Source: Armatimonadota bacterium (lineage in GTDB: Bacteria; Armatimonadota; SYMT01). Taken from it: a stretch of 64,000 nt of DNA. The notes under the pieces are model-generated. The model searched no databases. It saw only the letters and a list, made by a program, of their open reading frames with translations, and had not been told where the DNA came from. This document shows, one piece after another, positions 47,933 to 57,931 of this stretch. A program made the position numbers and the translations under genes. The stretch spans positions 352,001 through 416,000 of the forward strand of contig JAWLHY010000001.1 in NCBI GenBank assembly GCA_041690135.1, read 5' to 3'. Within the stretch, counting starts at the first letter, position 1, and each line of letters begins with the position of its first letter.

Positions 47933-49477
47933 ATGTCGTACCCTCCTACTGGCTACTCCCGTCGATCCGTTCTGAAGAGCCTGGTCGTGGGCTCCGCGGC
48001 CTACGTTCTGGGCGATCTGCCGGGCGAGGCGGCCGGGCGGGGAAGGCTGCCGCGGACCTCGCCGGAGGCTGCTGGGATCGATCCGGCGGCAGTTCTCGCG
48101 TTCATCGAGGGGGTGGAGCAGAAGGTCGGCGGCCTGCACAGCATGATGCTCCTGCGCCACGGCAAGGTGGCGGCGGAGGGCTGGTGGACGCCTTACGCGC
48201 CGCAGCACCCGCACATGCTCTATTCTCTCAGCAAGAGCTTCACCTCGACGGCCGTGGGCCTGGCCGTCTCCGAGGGGCTCCTCACCGTGAAGGAGCCGGT
48301 CGTCTCCTTCTTCCCGCAGGACCGGCCGGAGAAGGTGGGCGACCACCTCGCGGCGATGCAGGTGCGGCACCTGCTCTCGATGTCCACCGGGCACGATAAG
48401 GACGCCACCGGTCCCATGCGCCAGGCGCCGGACGGCAACTGGGTGAAGGCGTTCCTGGCGCTGCCGGTGGAGCACGCGCCGGGGACGAAGTTCGTCTATA
48501 ACAGCGCCGCCACTTACATGCTCTCGGCGATCGTCCAGAAGCTGACGGGCAAGACCGTCCTGGACTACCTGACGCCCCGGCTCTTCGAACCCCTAGGGAT
48601 CGCGGGGGCGACCTGGGAGTCCGACCCGCGCGGGATCAACGTCGGCGGCTGGGGGTTGAAGGTCAAGACCGAAGACATCGCCCGCTTCGGGCAGCTCTAC
48701 CTCCAGCGCGGCCGGTGGGAGGGACGGCAGGTGGTGCCGGAGGCGTGGGTCGAGGAGGCGACGCAGAAGCAGATTTCCAACGGCTCCAGCCCCAACAGCG
48801 ACTGGAACCAGGGGTACGGCTATCAGTTCTGGCGCTGCCGGCACGGGGCGTTCCGGGGCGACGGCGCTTTCGGCCAGTACTGCGTGGTGATGCCGGAGCA
48901 GGACGCCGTCCTGGCGATCACCAGCGGGGTCCGCGACATGCAGGCGGTGCTGAACGTCGCCTGGGAACACCTCCTGCCGGGCATGAGCGCCGCGCCGGCG
49001 AAGTCCGACCCGGTGGCGCTGAAGCGACGGCTATCGGGGCTGGCCGTCCTTCCTCCGCAGGGGAAAGAGACCTCTCCCACCGCGAAGACGATCGCGGGCC
49101 GGACCTTCCGCTTCGAGCCGAACGGGGAGGGTTTTGAGTCCGCCCGGTTTATCGTGCGGAATGGGCGCTGTTCCGTCACGATCCGGCACCAGGGCGAGGA
49201 ATACCGGCTCGAAGGCGGTGAGAACTGGGCTCGCGGGAAGGCCCCGCTCACCCAGGCGCTCCTGGGCGGTACCGAACCGGCTCGGGTTGCGACGCGCGGC
49301 GCCTGGGAAGCAGACGATACCTACACGCTGAAGCTTTGCTTCTACGAAACCCCCTACATCGAAACGCTCACCTGGAAGTTCAGCGGCGACCAGGTCACCC
49401 TGACCCGCCAGATGAACGTCGGCTTCGGCCCCACCGCCCGCCCGGCCCTCACGGCGAACGCGGTCGCCCAGGATTAG
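47933..49477 (+). CDS. Tat-exported serine hydrolase, beta-lactamase/PBP (class C-like) family
   Basis: SRRSVLK Tat motif; SLSK (SxxK), LLSMSTG, YNS, DIARFGQLYL, GYGYQFW. Confidence 0.92.
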   Translation: MSYPPTGYSRRSVLKSLVVGSAAYVLGDLPGEAAGRGRLPRTSPEAAGIDPAAVLAFIEGVEQKVGGLHSMMLLRHGKVAAEGWWTPYAPQHPHMLYSLSKSFTSTAVGLAVSEGLLTVKEPVVSFFPQDRPEKVGDHLAAMQVRHLLSMSTGHDKDATGPMRQAPDGNWVKAFLALPVEHAPGTKFVYNSAATYMLSAIVQKLTGKTVLDYLTPRLFEPLGIAGATWESDPRGINVGGWGLKVKTEDIARFGQLYLQRGRWEGRQVVPEAWVEEATQKQISNGSSPNSDWNQGYGYQFWRCRHGAFRGDGAFGQYCVVMPEQDAVLAITSGVRDMQAVLNVAWEHLLPGMSAAPAKSDPVALKRRLSGLAVLPPQGKETSPTAKTIAGRTFRFEPNGEGFESARFIVRNGRCSVTIRHQGEEYRLEGGENWARGKAPLTQALLGGTEPARVATRGAWEADDTYTLKLCFYETPYIETLTWKFSGDQVTLTRQMNVGFGPTARPALTANAVAQD

Positions 49478-49609
49478 GTCTCGGGGCGACCGGCACTCAG
49501 GGGTTTGTCAGCAGATGTTCGCTTCGGTGTTCCCAGCCCGTACGGGCTTCGCAGTTTGTAGGCGTGAGTTTACTCGCCCAACCTTAGCTCGACGGCCCGC
49601 GACGGCCCC

Positions 49610-51943
49610 TTAACCCGCCGCGGGCGCTTGGTTTTTGGTGCTCCGGCGGGTGCGGGTTTCCGACCGGGGATTGGCGGTAGCCTCCGGGCCGGGGCGGGAG
49701 ACGGCCAGTACGTCCGGGATTGCGCCGATCACGCGGATCACGTGATTCAGCTCGTCCTTATTGGCGACGTCGACCACTAGATCCCACAGGGTCGAATCAC
49801 CCGGGCGAGGCCGAATATTCGCCTTCTTAATATTGATCTTCCGTTCCCCGAAGGCGGCGAAGACCGTCGCGGCCAGGCCTACTCGGTCCAATGTCTCCAT
49901 TCGGAGGGAGGTGGGGAAGCGTTCGCCGGATGTCCCGGCCCATTCGAGCTGCTGGATGCGGTGCGGCTCCTGTTCGAGCGCGGCCAGCGCGTTCGGGCAG
50001 TCCTCCCGGTGAATGGCGATGCCGCGACCCCGGGTGACGTAGCCCACCACGTCTTCCCCCGGCAGGGGGAGACAGCAGCGGGAGCGGTGGACGAACAGGT
50101 CCTCCATCCCGCCGGCCGTGATCCGGAGCTTTCCCTCGGAGACGGGGCGTCCGTCGCCGTCCGTCCCCGGCCAACCCACCACTTGCTGGCGGATGGGTCC
50201 GTGGCCGTGGAGCTTGTTCAGGATCGACGTCACCGCCACGTAGCCATGCCCGATGCCCGCCAGCAGGTCTTCCTCGTGCTGGTAGTTCATCTGTTTGGCC
50301 ACGCTCGACAGCAGTTCCGAGCGGAGCAATTCCTTGGGATCGAGCCCCAGCCGCGTCGCCTCTTTCTCCAGGAGTTCCTTGCCGCGCACCACGTTCTCCG
50401 AGTGGCGCTGTTTGCGGAACCAGGCGCGCAGGCGGCTCTTGGCGTGGCTGGTCTTCACCAGGTTGAGCCAGTCGTAGCTCGGCTGGGCGCTGGAACGGGT
50501 GATGATCTCGACGATATCGCCGTTGCGGATCTGGTAGTCGAACGGGCGCTGAACGCCGTTGACCCGCGCGCCGGTGCACTTCAGACCGAGCTCGCTGTGG
50601 ATCCGGAAGGCGAAGTCGATCGGCGTCGAGCCGACCGGCAGGTCGATGACGTCTCCTCGCGGCGTAAAGGCGAAGACCTGGTCTGTGAACAGGTCTTCCG
50701 TCACCGACCGCAGGAACTCCTGGTCCGACGACGAGTCGCTCTGCCAGTCGAACATCTGCTGCCGGAGCCAGCTCAGCTTGTCCTCGTACCGCTTTTCGAC
50801 CCGACCGCCTTCCTTATAAGTCCAGTGCGCGGCCACGCCGAAATGCGCGGTCCGGTGCATCTCCCAGGTGCGGATCTGGACCTCGATCGGCATGCCGCGG
50901 GGGCCGAGCACCTTGGTGTGGAGCGATTGATAATTGTTCGGCTTGGGGCGGGCGATATGGTCCGAGAAGAGGCCGGGGAAGGGGAGCCAGAGCTCGTGGA
51001 CCATCCCGAGAACGTTGTAGCACTCTTCCCGGGTGGTCACGATCACGCGGACGGCGATCAGGTCGTACACCTCGTCCAGCGAGAGCTTCTGCTGGCGCAT
51101 TTTGTTCCAGATGCTGTAGAGGTGTTTTACCCGGCCTTCGATATCCGCCTGGATCGGCTGGCGACCCTGGCGCTGGGCGTCCGCGTTTTCCGCGTCGAGG
51201 CGTGCCCGCAGTTCCTGGCGCACCTCTTCCAGGATCTCCTCGCGTTCCCGCCGGGTGCGGGCCAGCATGTCGGCGATGCGATCGTATTCCTCGCGGTTCG
51301 TGTACTTGAACGCCAGGTCCTCAAGCTGCCATTTGATATGCCAGATCCCCAGGCGATGGGCCAGGGGGGCGAAGATCTGGAGCGTCTCCTCGGAAACGCG
51401 GCACTGCTTTTCGGCGGGCAGGCCCTCCAGCGTCTTCATGTTGTGGAGGCGGTCCGCCAGTTTGATGATCATCACCCGCACGTCGCGCGCCATGGCGAGG
51501 AAGATCTTCCGCATGTTGGCGGCGCGCTCGTGGGCCTTTTCAATGGAGACCGGTTCGTCCCGGTTGGCGCCGGACTCTATCAGGGCGCGGCGGAACAGCT
51601 CCGTCTGCGAGAGCTTCGTTACCCCGTCCACCAGCTCCGCCACTTCTTCGCCGTACTGGGCGCGGATGGTGTCGAGACCGATGGTGGTGTCCTCGACCAC
51701 GTCGTGGAGCAACCCCGCGATGATCGTGGCGGGGTCCATGCTCAGGTCGACCAGCACGTGGGCGACCTCCAGCGGGTGCTGGATGTAAGGGACACCGGAG
51801 TCGCGAAGCTGGCCCGCGTGAGCCTCCTCCGCCATCCGGTACGCGCGGCGAAGCAGGTCCGCGTCCACATCCGGGTGGTAGGCGCGCACCCGCTCGATCA
51901 AAGGCTCGATATCCAGAGGTCGCGGTTCGGCGGCCAGCGTCAT
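49610..51943 (-). CDS. relA: Bifunctional (p)ppGpp synthetase/hydrolase (long RSH)
   Basis: HD hydrolase LLHDVVED, IKLADRLHNM, YQSLHT, EVQIRT, TGS (FTPRGD...PIDFAF), CC and ACT domains. Confidence 0.96.
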   Translation of the reverse strand: MTLAAEPRPLDIEPLIERVRAYHPDVDADLLRRAYRMAEEAHAGQLRDSGVPYIQHPLEVAHVLVDLSMDPATIIAGLLHDVVEDTTIGLDTIRAQYGEEVAELVDGVTKLSQTELFRRALIESGANRDEPVSIEKAHERAANMRKIFLAMARDVRVMIIKLADRLHNMKTLEGLPAEKQCRVSEETLQIFAPLAHRLGIWHIKWQLEDLAFKYTNREEYDRIADMLARTRREREEILEEVRQELRARLDAENADAQRQGRQPIQADIEGRVKHLYSIWNKMRQQKLSLDEVYDLIAVRVIVTTREECYNVLGMVHELWLPFPGLFSDHIARPKPNNYQSLHTKVLGPRGMPIEVQIRTWEMHRTAHFGVAAHWTYKEGGRVEKRYEDKLSWLRQQMFDWQSDSSSDQEFLRSVTEDLFTDQVFAFTPRGDVIDLPVGSTPIDFAFRIHSELGLKCTGARVNGVQRPFDYQIRNGDIVEIITRSSAQPSYDWLNLVKTSHAKSRLRAWFRKQRHSENVVRGKELLEKEATRLGLDPKELLRSELLSSVAKQMNYQHEEDLLAGIGHGYVAVTSILNKLHGHGPIRQQVVGWPGTDGDGRPVSEGKLRITAGGMEDLFVHRSRCCLPLPGEDVVGYVTRGRGIAIHREDCPNALAALEQEPHRIQQLEWAGTSGERFPTSLRMETLDRVGLAATVFAAFGERKINIKKANIRPRPGDSTLWDLVVDVANKDELNHVIRVIGAIPDVLAVSRPGPEATANPRSETRTRRSTKNQAPAAG

Positions 51944-52076
51944 CCTGGGGTCACTCTCTCCTCGGCACGTGACATTAGCGCTGAGTTTATATTACCCCGT
52001 CCCGGTTGTCAGTGCCCGTTTTTGAGGTTCCTGGGGGAAGGATCAACCGGACTGAGGAAGGAACAGTAGCGCTGCT

Positions 52077-53063
52077 ATGGCAACACAGAATTCTCTCGAT
52101 CTCGCTTACGACGTCTTCACGCTGGGCGAGACGATGGTCCGTTTCACCCCCAAGAACTACGAGCGATTGGAAGAGGCGCGGGAACTGGAGGTCCGCATCG
52201 GCGGCTCGGAGTCCAACGTCGTCATCGCGCTGGCCCGGCTGGGTCTGCGCACGGCCTGGGCCAGCAAGCTGCCGTTGAACTCCCTCGGCTCGCTGGTGGC
52301 CCGCCGGATCGCGAGCTTCGGCGTGGACGTGAGCGCCGTCCGCTGGGTGGAGAACTCCCGGATGGGGCTCTACTTCATCGAGCCGGCCACCGCGCCCCGC
52401 TCCTCCCTGGTGCTGTACGACCGCAGCCACTCCGCGGCCAGCACGATGGAGCCGGACGACTTCGACTGGTCTGTCCTCGACCGGGCGCGGCACGTCCACC
52501 TCTCCGGCATTACGCCGGCGCTGAGCCCGGTGGCGGCGGACACCACCGCCCGGTGCCTGCGAGAGGCGCGGGAGCGGGGCCGGACGATCTCCTTCGACGT
52601 GAACTACCGGGCCCGCCTGTGGCCCGCGGAGCTGGCGCGGGAGACCCTCACGCCGCTCATCCGCGACGTGGACCTGCTGATCTGCCCACTCGCGGACGCG
52701 CAGCACGTCTTCTGCCTGGGCGGAAATCCCGAACAGATCTCCCGGGAAATGGGCGACCTCACCACCGCTCGCTTCATCGCGCTGACTCTCGGCGGCGACG
52801 GGGCCCTGCTGTGGGACCGGGAAGAGGACCGCTGTCACCGTGCGGCGCCGTTCCCGGTGCACGCCGTCGACCGGGTCGGCGCGGGGGACGCCTTCGATGC
52901 CGGCCTCATCTGGGGCTACCTGACGGGCGACCCGTTCCGCGGCCTGGTGTATGGCATGGCCATGGCCGCCATCAAGCACACCATCCCCGGCGACGAGTTC
53001 GTCTCATCCCTCGCGGAGGTGGAAGCCCTGCTGGAATCCGGCCACCGAGATATCCAACGATAG
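52077..53063 (+). CDS. kdgK: PfkB family sugar kinase (2-keto-3-deoxygluconate kinase-like)
   Basis: GGSESNV, HLSGITPALS, SFDVNYRARLW, DRVGAGDAF. Confidence 0.85.
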   Translation: MATQNSLDLAYDVFTLGETMVRFTPKNYERLEEARELEVRIGGSESNVVIALARLGLRTAWASKLPLNSLGSLVARRIASFGVDVSAVRWVENSRMGLYFIEPATAPRSSLVLYDRSHSAASTMEPDDFDWSVLDRARHVHLSGITPALSPVAADTTARCLREARERGRTISFDVNYRARLWPAELARETLTPLIRDVDLLICPLADAQHVFCLGGNPEQISREMGDLTTARFIALTLGGDGALLWDREEDRCHRAAPFPVHAVDRVGAGDAFDAGLIWGYLTGDPFRGLVYGMAMAAIKHTIPGDEFVSSLAEVEALLESGHRDIQR

Positions 53064-53157
53064 CCTCTGGGGTTTGCAGAGGCAGCCGCCGGGATTGGCA
53101 GAGGCAGCTAACGTCTGGCGGGCTGAATGGGAGAAAGGGGGAACGGGAGAATGGGAG

Positions 53158-53422
53158 CCGCAGTCACGGAACCTGATCCCGTTTCGCCAAACCGAACCGG
53201 CCCAGAACCCGGGCAGCCAGAATTTGGCACGAGGGGTTCAGCCCCAATACGGAGGAACGCTGCGGCGAGACGTTCCCTACAGTGCGTTGCCCCGATGCGA
53301 CCCTTCCCCTGCGTGTGATACGGTGTCGCCTTTGCCTCCGCACTGTAGGGAATGCGACGTACACCCGGCGAAGCATTGGGCCGCTCCATTCCGCAGTCAT
53401 GGAACCTGAACCCGTTCGGCCA
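53158..53422. repeat. REP/REPIN-like repeat cluster homologous to 32125-32313
   Basis: CCCTAC at 53275-53280, GTAGGGAATGCG...ACACCCGGCGAAGCA at 53345; CCGCAGTCA(C/T)GGAACCTGA occurs twice. Confidence 0.65.
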
Positions 53423-53507
53423 GGCCGTGGGAAGCCCCAGCTCACAATCAACACCGCAGTCAAGCTTTGACTGAAAGTGGACCGGCCAAAGGCGTCCCCG
53501 TAGCCCC

Positions 53508-54083
53508 TTAGGACCTGCGGCCGCGTGAACTCGCCCGGCCGCCCTTGACGCCGGCCGCGAGGCTGCGGGTGGGCGCGGTGAGCGGACGGAGGGAAAGCAG
53601 CGAAGGGATGTGGTTATCGCTGCTGACCTCCGCGATCTTGCGCAGCCGCTCCATCTCCTTCTCCAGGTCGAGCGTCTCCAGGCTGTCCTGATCCACCAGG
53701 TTCACGATCCGCTCCGCCAGGCGGATGGCGGCGAGGACGAGAAGCTCGTTCTCGTATTCCACATGGACATGGAAGGTGCCGCGGGGATCGACCCGCCAGT
53801 TCCACTGCGTTTCCCCCTTGAGGATCTCGTGGTGCTGGGCCTGGGCCTGGAGCTCGATGATGAGGTGCTCGAGGAGGTGGGGCACCTCGGTCGCCATTGC
53901 CTCTCGCTTGAACGAGTAGTTATTCCCGTTGTGGCACGTGTGGTGGGCCAGGTGGGGGAACAAGCGGAAGAGACTGCGGGGAATATGGGGTGCGCACTCG
54001 GTGGTGCAGCGGTCCGGATCGGGCATCTCGACGACGAGCTTGACTTTGTTGGCGCCGTAGAAGAGGATCTCGACGATGCGCAT
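53508..54083 (-). CDS. Stand-alone cyanophycin synthetase N-terminal domain-like protein
   Basis: MRIVEILFYG...LFPHLAHHTC-x18-HLLEHLIIELQ...VHVEYENE matches the CphA1 N-domain pattern; no ATP-grasp or Mur domain. Confidence 0.78.
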   Translation of the reverse strand: MRIVEILFYGANKVKLVVEMPDPDRCTTECAPHIPRSLFRLFPHLAHHTCHNGNNYSFKREAMATEVPHLLEHLIIELQAQAQHHEILKGETQWNWRVDPRGTFHVHVEYENELLVLAAIRLAERIVNLVDQDSLETLDLEKEMERLRKIAEVSSDNHIPSLLSLRPLTAPTRSLAAGVKGGRASSRGRRS

Positions 54084-54340
54084 TCTCCCACTCCGCAAGA
54101 GAGAGGCGGGGCTGTACAGCCCGGTTTACAACGGGGTTCCCGGCGCAGCGGGGAGGGGCCAGTGGCGCCCATCATAGCACCGGGGTAGGGCAGTGTAAAG
54201 CAAGCGCTATTCCGCCCACAGTCCATTATCGGACCCGATGGCGCGGGACTTCAGTCGCGGAGTTCGGAAACGTAATTGTCGCGACCTCCGTTACTCCCGA
54301 GTGTCAATTCCCGTTACAATCAACGAGGAGGGACAGCGTC

Positions 54341-54535
54341 ATGGCGGGAATCGACGAGGAAACGAAGCGCCGGATCGACCAATGGATCCGCGAAAACGGC
54401 CGGAACGAGTTCGGAGACGATCCCGGCACGGCCTACGCCGGCGGTACGCCGCTGTTCAACGAGATGACCGGCCGGCGCCTGGATAAGTACGAGTACATCC
54501 TGAAGCGCCATCCCGAATTACGTAGCCGGAGGTAG
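54341..54535 (+). CDS. Small hypothetical protein (64 aa, FGD..GT.YAGGTPLF.E.TG motif)
   Basis: Strong SD GAGGAGG, typical codon bias, stop 3 nt before the next ATG. Confidence 0.75.
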   Translation: MAGIDEETKRRIDQWIRENGRNEFGDDPGTAYAGGTPLFNEMTGRRLDKYEYILKRHPELRSRR

Positions 54536-54538
54536 GCG

Positions 54539-56242
54539 ATGAGACATTTGGTCAAGCTGGTAATGGCCGTGGCCCTGCTCGGGACGGGCTGGCCGCTGGT
54601 CCGCCCCTGGATCCCCTCGGGGCCGCTCCCGGCCGCCGTACCCGCGGCAGGTACTTCCGCCGTGGTGCCGGGCCAGATCGTGGTCGACGCCCGCGACAGC
54701 CTCTCCGACGCGGACCTCGACGCGCTCGACCGCAAGTACGGGGTCGACTTCCGCCTCAACAGCGTCCACGCGGATGACGAGAACCTCCTCATCGCCGACG
54801 TGACCCCCGGCACCGAGGCCGCCCTGCTGGAGCGCCTGCGGAAGGACCCGGCGGTCGAGGCGGCGGAGCCGATGCACCGCTACTCGATCAACTGGACCCC
54901 CAACGATCCCCGTTTCAAGGAGCAGTGGAACCTGAAGCTGATCGGCGCCGAGAAGGCCTGGGACAAGACCCGCGGCAAGGGCGTGGTCGTGGCGGTGATC
55001 GATACCGGCGTCGCCTTCGAGAACGACGACAAGTGCTACCGCGCCCGCGACTTCGGCGAGACGAAGTTCACGAAGGGCTACGATTTCGTCAACGACGACG
55101 AGCACCCCAACGACGACCACGGGCACGGCACGCATGTCTCGGGGACCATCGCCGAAACCACCAACAATGCGGAAGGCGTGGCGGGCCTGGCGTTCGAAGC
55201 CACGATCATGCCGATCAAGGTACTCAACGAGTTCGGCGGGGGGACCTCGGCCGATATCGCCGACGCCATCCGCTGGGCGGCGGACAACGGCGCCCACATC
55301 ATCAACATGAGCCTGGGCGGCTCCATGCCGGACATGGCGATGCGGATGGCCTGCCGCTACGCCGCCAAGAAAGGCGTGCTCATCGTGTGCGCCGCGGGCA
55401 ACAGCGGCGGCGGCCCCGTGGGCTACCCGGCCGCCTTCCCGGAATGCTTCGCGGTGTCCGCGGTCGGCCCGTCCGGTAAGCTCGCCCGCTACTCTTCCGT
55501 CGGCAAGCAGGTCGGCATCGCGGCGCCCGGCGGCGATAAGAGCACCGGCGAGAACGACGGCATCCTCCAGAACACGGTGCTGTTCGACACCGGCCAGCGG
55601 GAAGACGACTACTTCTCCTTCCAGGGAACGTCGATGGCCAGCCCGCACGTCGCCGCGGCGGCCGCCCTCGCGATGTCGATGGGCGTGAAGGACGCGGCGG
55701 AGGTGAAGCAGCTCCTCCAGCGCGCCGCCACCCCGCAGAAGCCCGCCGAGCATTACGGCGCCGGGGTATTGAACGCGGAGAAGACGGTCGCCCTCGCCGA
55801 GGATGCCCGCCGCGATTCCTTCTGGAAGCTGATCTTCTCGCTGGCGGTCGGCCTCGCTGGGCTGGGCGTGGGCGCGGTCCGCGGCCGCGTGGGAGGGTTG
55901 CTCCGCTTCCCGTTCGCGCCGCTGGGGCTGCTGCTCGGCTTCTGGGGCCCGGACCTGGTGTTCCACTGGATCGGCTTCGGCTCGCCGTTCAACATCCTGC
56001 TCCACAGCGCCCTGATCCCGCTCTACCTGCTGTGGGAAGCGGAGAGCAAGCCGGTCTACCGCTTCGTGGGGACCATCTCCCTCGGGGTGGCGCTCCACCT
56101 GGCCTGGGACGCCTGGCAGGCCCACGCCCCATTCGTGGGCGTCCTGCCGATGCACGCCGCGCCCTGGCTCTACGTCAACGCTGCCGTCGGCGTGGGCGTG
56201 GCCCTCGTAGCCTGGGCCCGCTCCTTCCGAGCAGCGGACTGA
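54539..56242 (+). CDS. S8 subtilase with C-terminal multi-TM membrane domain
   Basis: VAVIDTG / HGTHVSG / GTSMASPH triad; ~5 hydrophobic helices at the C-terminus. Confidence 0.93.
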   Translation: MRHLVKLVMAVALLGTGWPLVRPWIPSGPLPAAVPAAGTSAVVPGQIVVDARDSLSDADLDALDRKYGVDFRLNSVHADDENLLIADVTPGTEAALLERLRKDPAVEAAEPMHRYSINWTPNDPRFKEQWNLKLIGAEKAWDKTRGKGVVVAVIDTGVAFENDDKCYRARDFGETKFTKGYDFVNDDEHPNDDHGHGTHVSGTIAETTNNAEGVAGLAFEATIMPIKVLNEFGGGTSADIADAIRWAADNGAHIINMSLGGSMPDMAMRMACRYAAKKGVLIVCAAGNSGGGPVGYPAAFPECFAVSAVGPSGKLARYSSVGKQVGIAAPGGDKSTGENDGILQNTVLFDTGQREDDYFSFQGTSMASPHVAAAAALAMSMGVKDAAEVKQLLQRAATPQKPAEHYGAGVLNAEKTVALAEDARRDSFWKLIFSLAVGLAGLGVGAVRGRVGGLLRFPFAPLGLLLGFWGPDLVFHWIGFGSPFNILLHSALIPLYLLWEAESKPVYRFVGTISLGVALHLAWDAWQAHAPFVGVLPMHAAPWLYVNAAVGVGVALVAWARSFRAAD

Positions 56243-56255
56243 TCCGGACGAGAAT

Positions 56256-56580
56256 CTCTCGCAAAGACGCAAAGACGCAAAGGGAAGACAGACGTGCGGT
56301 ATTCCTGACGGCCTGCACGGATGTCACACTGGAAGAGCGCGGGCCGGATACGGAGACACTCTGAAGCTCCGGCTCGCGCTCGGTTTCCCGGCGACACGCG
56401 GGCCGTTGAGATCCGATAAGCGTCCTTCTGTCCCTATGCAAACGGCGGTACCGTGCCTGGCTCCGCTCCCGTCCACAGACTTCGACAGTCGCTAACACCC
56501 GATATTCGCGTTGCCCGATACTCTTGAATTCCTTCTTCGCGTCTTTGCGCACCCCTTTGGGGCGTAAACCTTTGCGAGAG
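56256..56580. repeat. MITE-like 325 bp segment bounded by inverted (CGCAAAGA)n arrays
   Basis: CTCTCGCAAAGACGCAAAG... at the left and ...CTTTGCGAGAG at the right. Confidence 0.55.
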
Positions 56581-56719
56581 CTAAGTTCCCTTCCCATCGC
56601 CCCCCGTGGAGGGTAGACGCGCACGGCTGACGAACACCCCTGTGGTACATTCCCTTGCCGGGTGAAGTGGCCCCACGGCCGGCGGCGAGGGTGCAAACAA
56701 TTCCCACGAGGAGTCCCGA

Positions 56720-57841
56720 ATGAAATCGAAGGCCGCCATTTTTACCGAGATTGGCAAGCCGCTCATCGTCGACGAGATCGAGGTGGACGATCCCGGTCCC
56801 GGCGAATGTTTGGTGAAGCTGGATGCGACCGGCCTGTGCCACACCGAAATCTGGTACATGGGCGGGGGAGACCAGGTCGACTACAACGCACTTTCGCCGC
56901 GCATCCTGGGTCACGAGGGCGGCGGCGTGGTGGTGAAGAAGGGTGCCGGCGTCACCTCCCTGGAGGAGGGCGACCACGTCATCCCGCTCTACATCTCCGA
57001 GTGCGGGACCTGCTATGAGTGCAAGGACCCGAACCAGAACCTTTGCAGCTACCTGGACGACAAGGGCTACTACGAAGGCGTGATGCCTACGGGCCAGCCC
57101 CGGTTCCGCTGGCAGGATAAGCCCGCCTACCACTTCATGGGCACCTCCACCTTCTCCCAGTACACCGTGGTGCCCGAGGTCGCGCTGGCGAAGATCCGCA
57201 AGGACGCCCCGCTCGACCGCGTCTGCCTCCTGGGCTGCGCCATCACCACCGGCGTCGGCGCCGTCCTCTGGACCGCCAAGGCGCCTGTCGGCTCGACCAT
57301 TGCCGTTTTCGGCTGCGGCCCCATTGGCCTGAACGTGGTCCAGGGCGCGAAGCTGGCCCTTGCCAGCAAGATCATCGCCGTGGACCTGAAGCCGGAGCGC
57401 CTGGAAATGGCGAAGCAGCTTGGAGCCACCCACCTGATCAACGCCGCGGAGCACGGCGGCTCCGGCGTGGCGGCGGTGAAGGAGCTCACGGGCGGCGGCG
57501 CCGACTTCACCTTCGAGGCCACCGGCAACACCAACGTGATGCGCCAGGCCTTCGAGGCGGTCCGCTACGGCGGCGGCAAGTGCGTACTCATCGGCGTGGC
57601 CAAGACCGGCGAGATGATGTCGATCATTCCCCGGACCGCCATCGCCGGCCGTCAGCTCACCGGCACCGCCTTCGGCGGCTGCAAGGGCCGCACCCAGCTC
57701 CCGTGGCTGGTGGACTGGTACATGGACGGCCGCCTGAAGATCGACGAGATGGTGACCAAAGAGATCCCGCTCGAAAAGATCAACGACGCCTTCGACTGGA
57801 TGCGCCAGGACCAGGGCTACCGGTACATCGTCAAGTACTAA
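56720..57841 (+). CDS. Zn-dependent alcohol dehydrogenase, class III / formaldehyde dehydrogenase-like
   Basis: GLCHT, GHEGGG, CGTCYEC...NLC, HFMGTSTFSQYTV, CLLGC, GCGPIG. Confidence 0.92.
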   Translation: MKSKAAIFTEIGKPLIVDEIEVDDPGPGECLVKLDATGLCHTEIWYMGGGDQVDYNALSPRILGHEGGGVVVKKGAGVTSLEEGDHVIPLYISECGTCYECKDPNQNLCSYLDDKGYYEGVMPTGQPRFRWQDKPAYHFMGTSTFSQYTVVPEVALAKIRKDAPLDRVCLLGCAITTGVGAVLWTAKAPVGSTIAVFGCGPIGLNVVQGAKLALASKIIAVDLKPERLEMAKQLGATHLINAAEHGGSGVAAVKELTGGGADFTFEATGNTNVMRQAFEAVRYGGGKCVLIGVAKTGEMMSIIPRTAIAGRQLTGTAFGGCKGRTQLPWLVDWYMDGRLKIDEMVTKEIPLEKINDAFDWMRQDQGYRYIVKY

Positions 57842-57865
57842 CTCCGGATCGCTGTTTGGCTGACC

Positions 57866-57903
57866 GAAGGGGTGGGGAGGCAGTGCCTCCTCACCCCTTC
57901 TTA
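57866..57903. terminator. Hairpin terminator
   Basis: GAAGGGGTGGGGAGGCA-G-TGCCTCCTCACCCCTTC between convergent genes. Confidence 0.7.
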
Positions 57904-57931
57904 ACTTCCGGCGGACCCTGCACGAGCCCGG

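Noticed and set aside
47933-49477. Antibiotic-resistance beta-lactamase
   Set aside because: Generic serine hydrolase family member with an extra C-terminal domain and no mobile context; activity cannot be inferred
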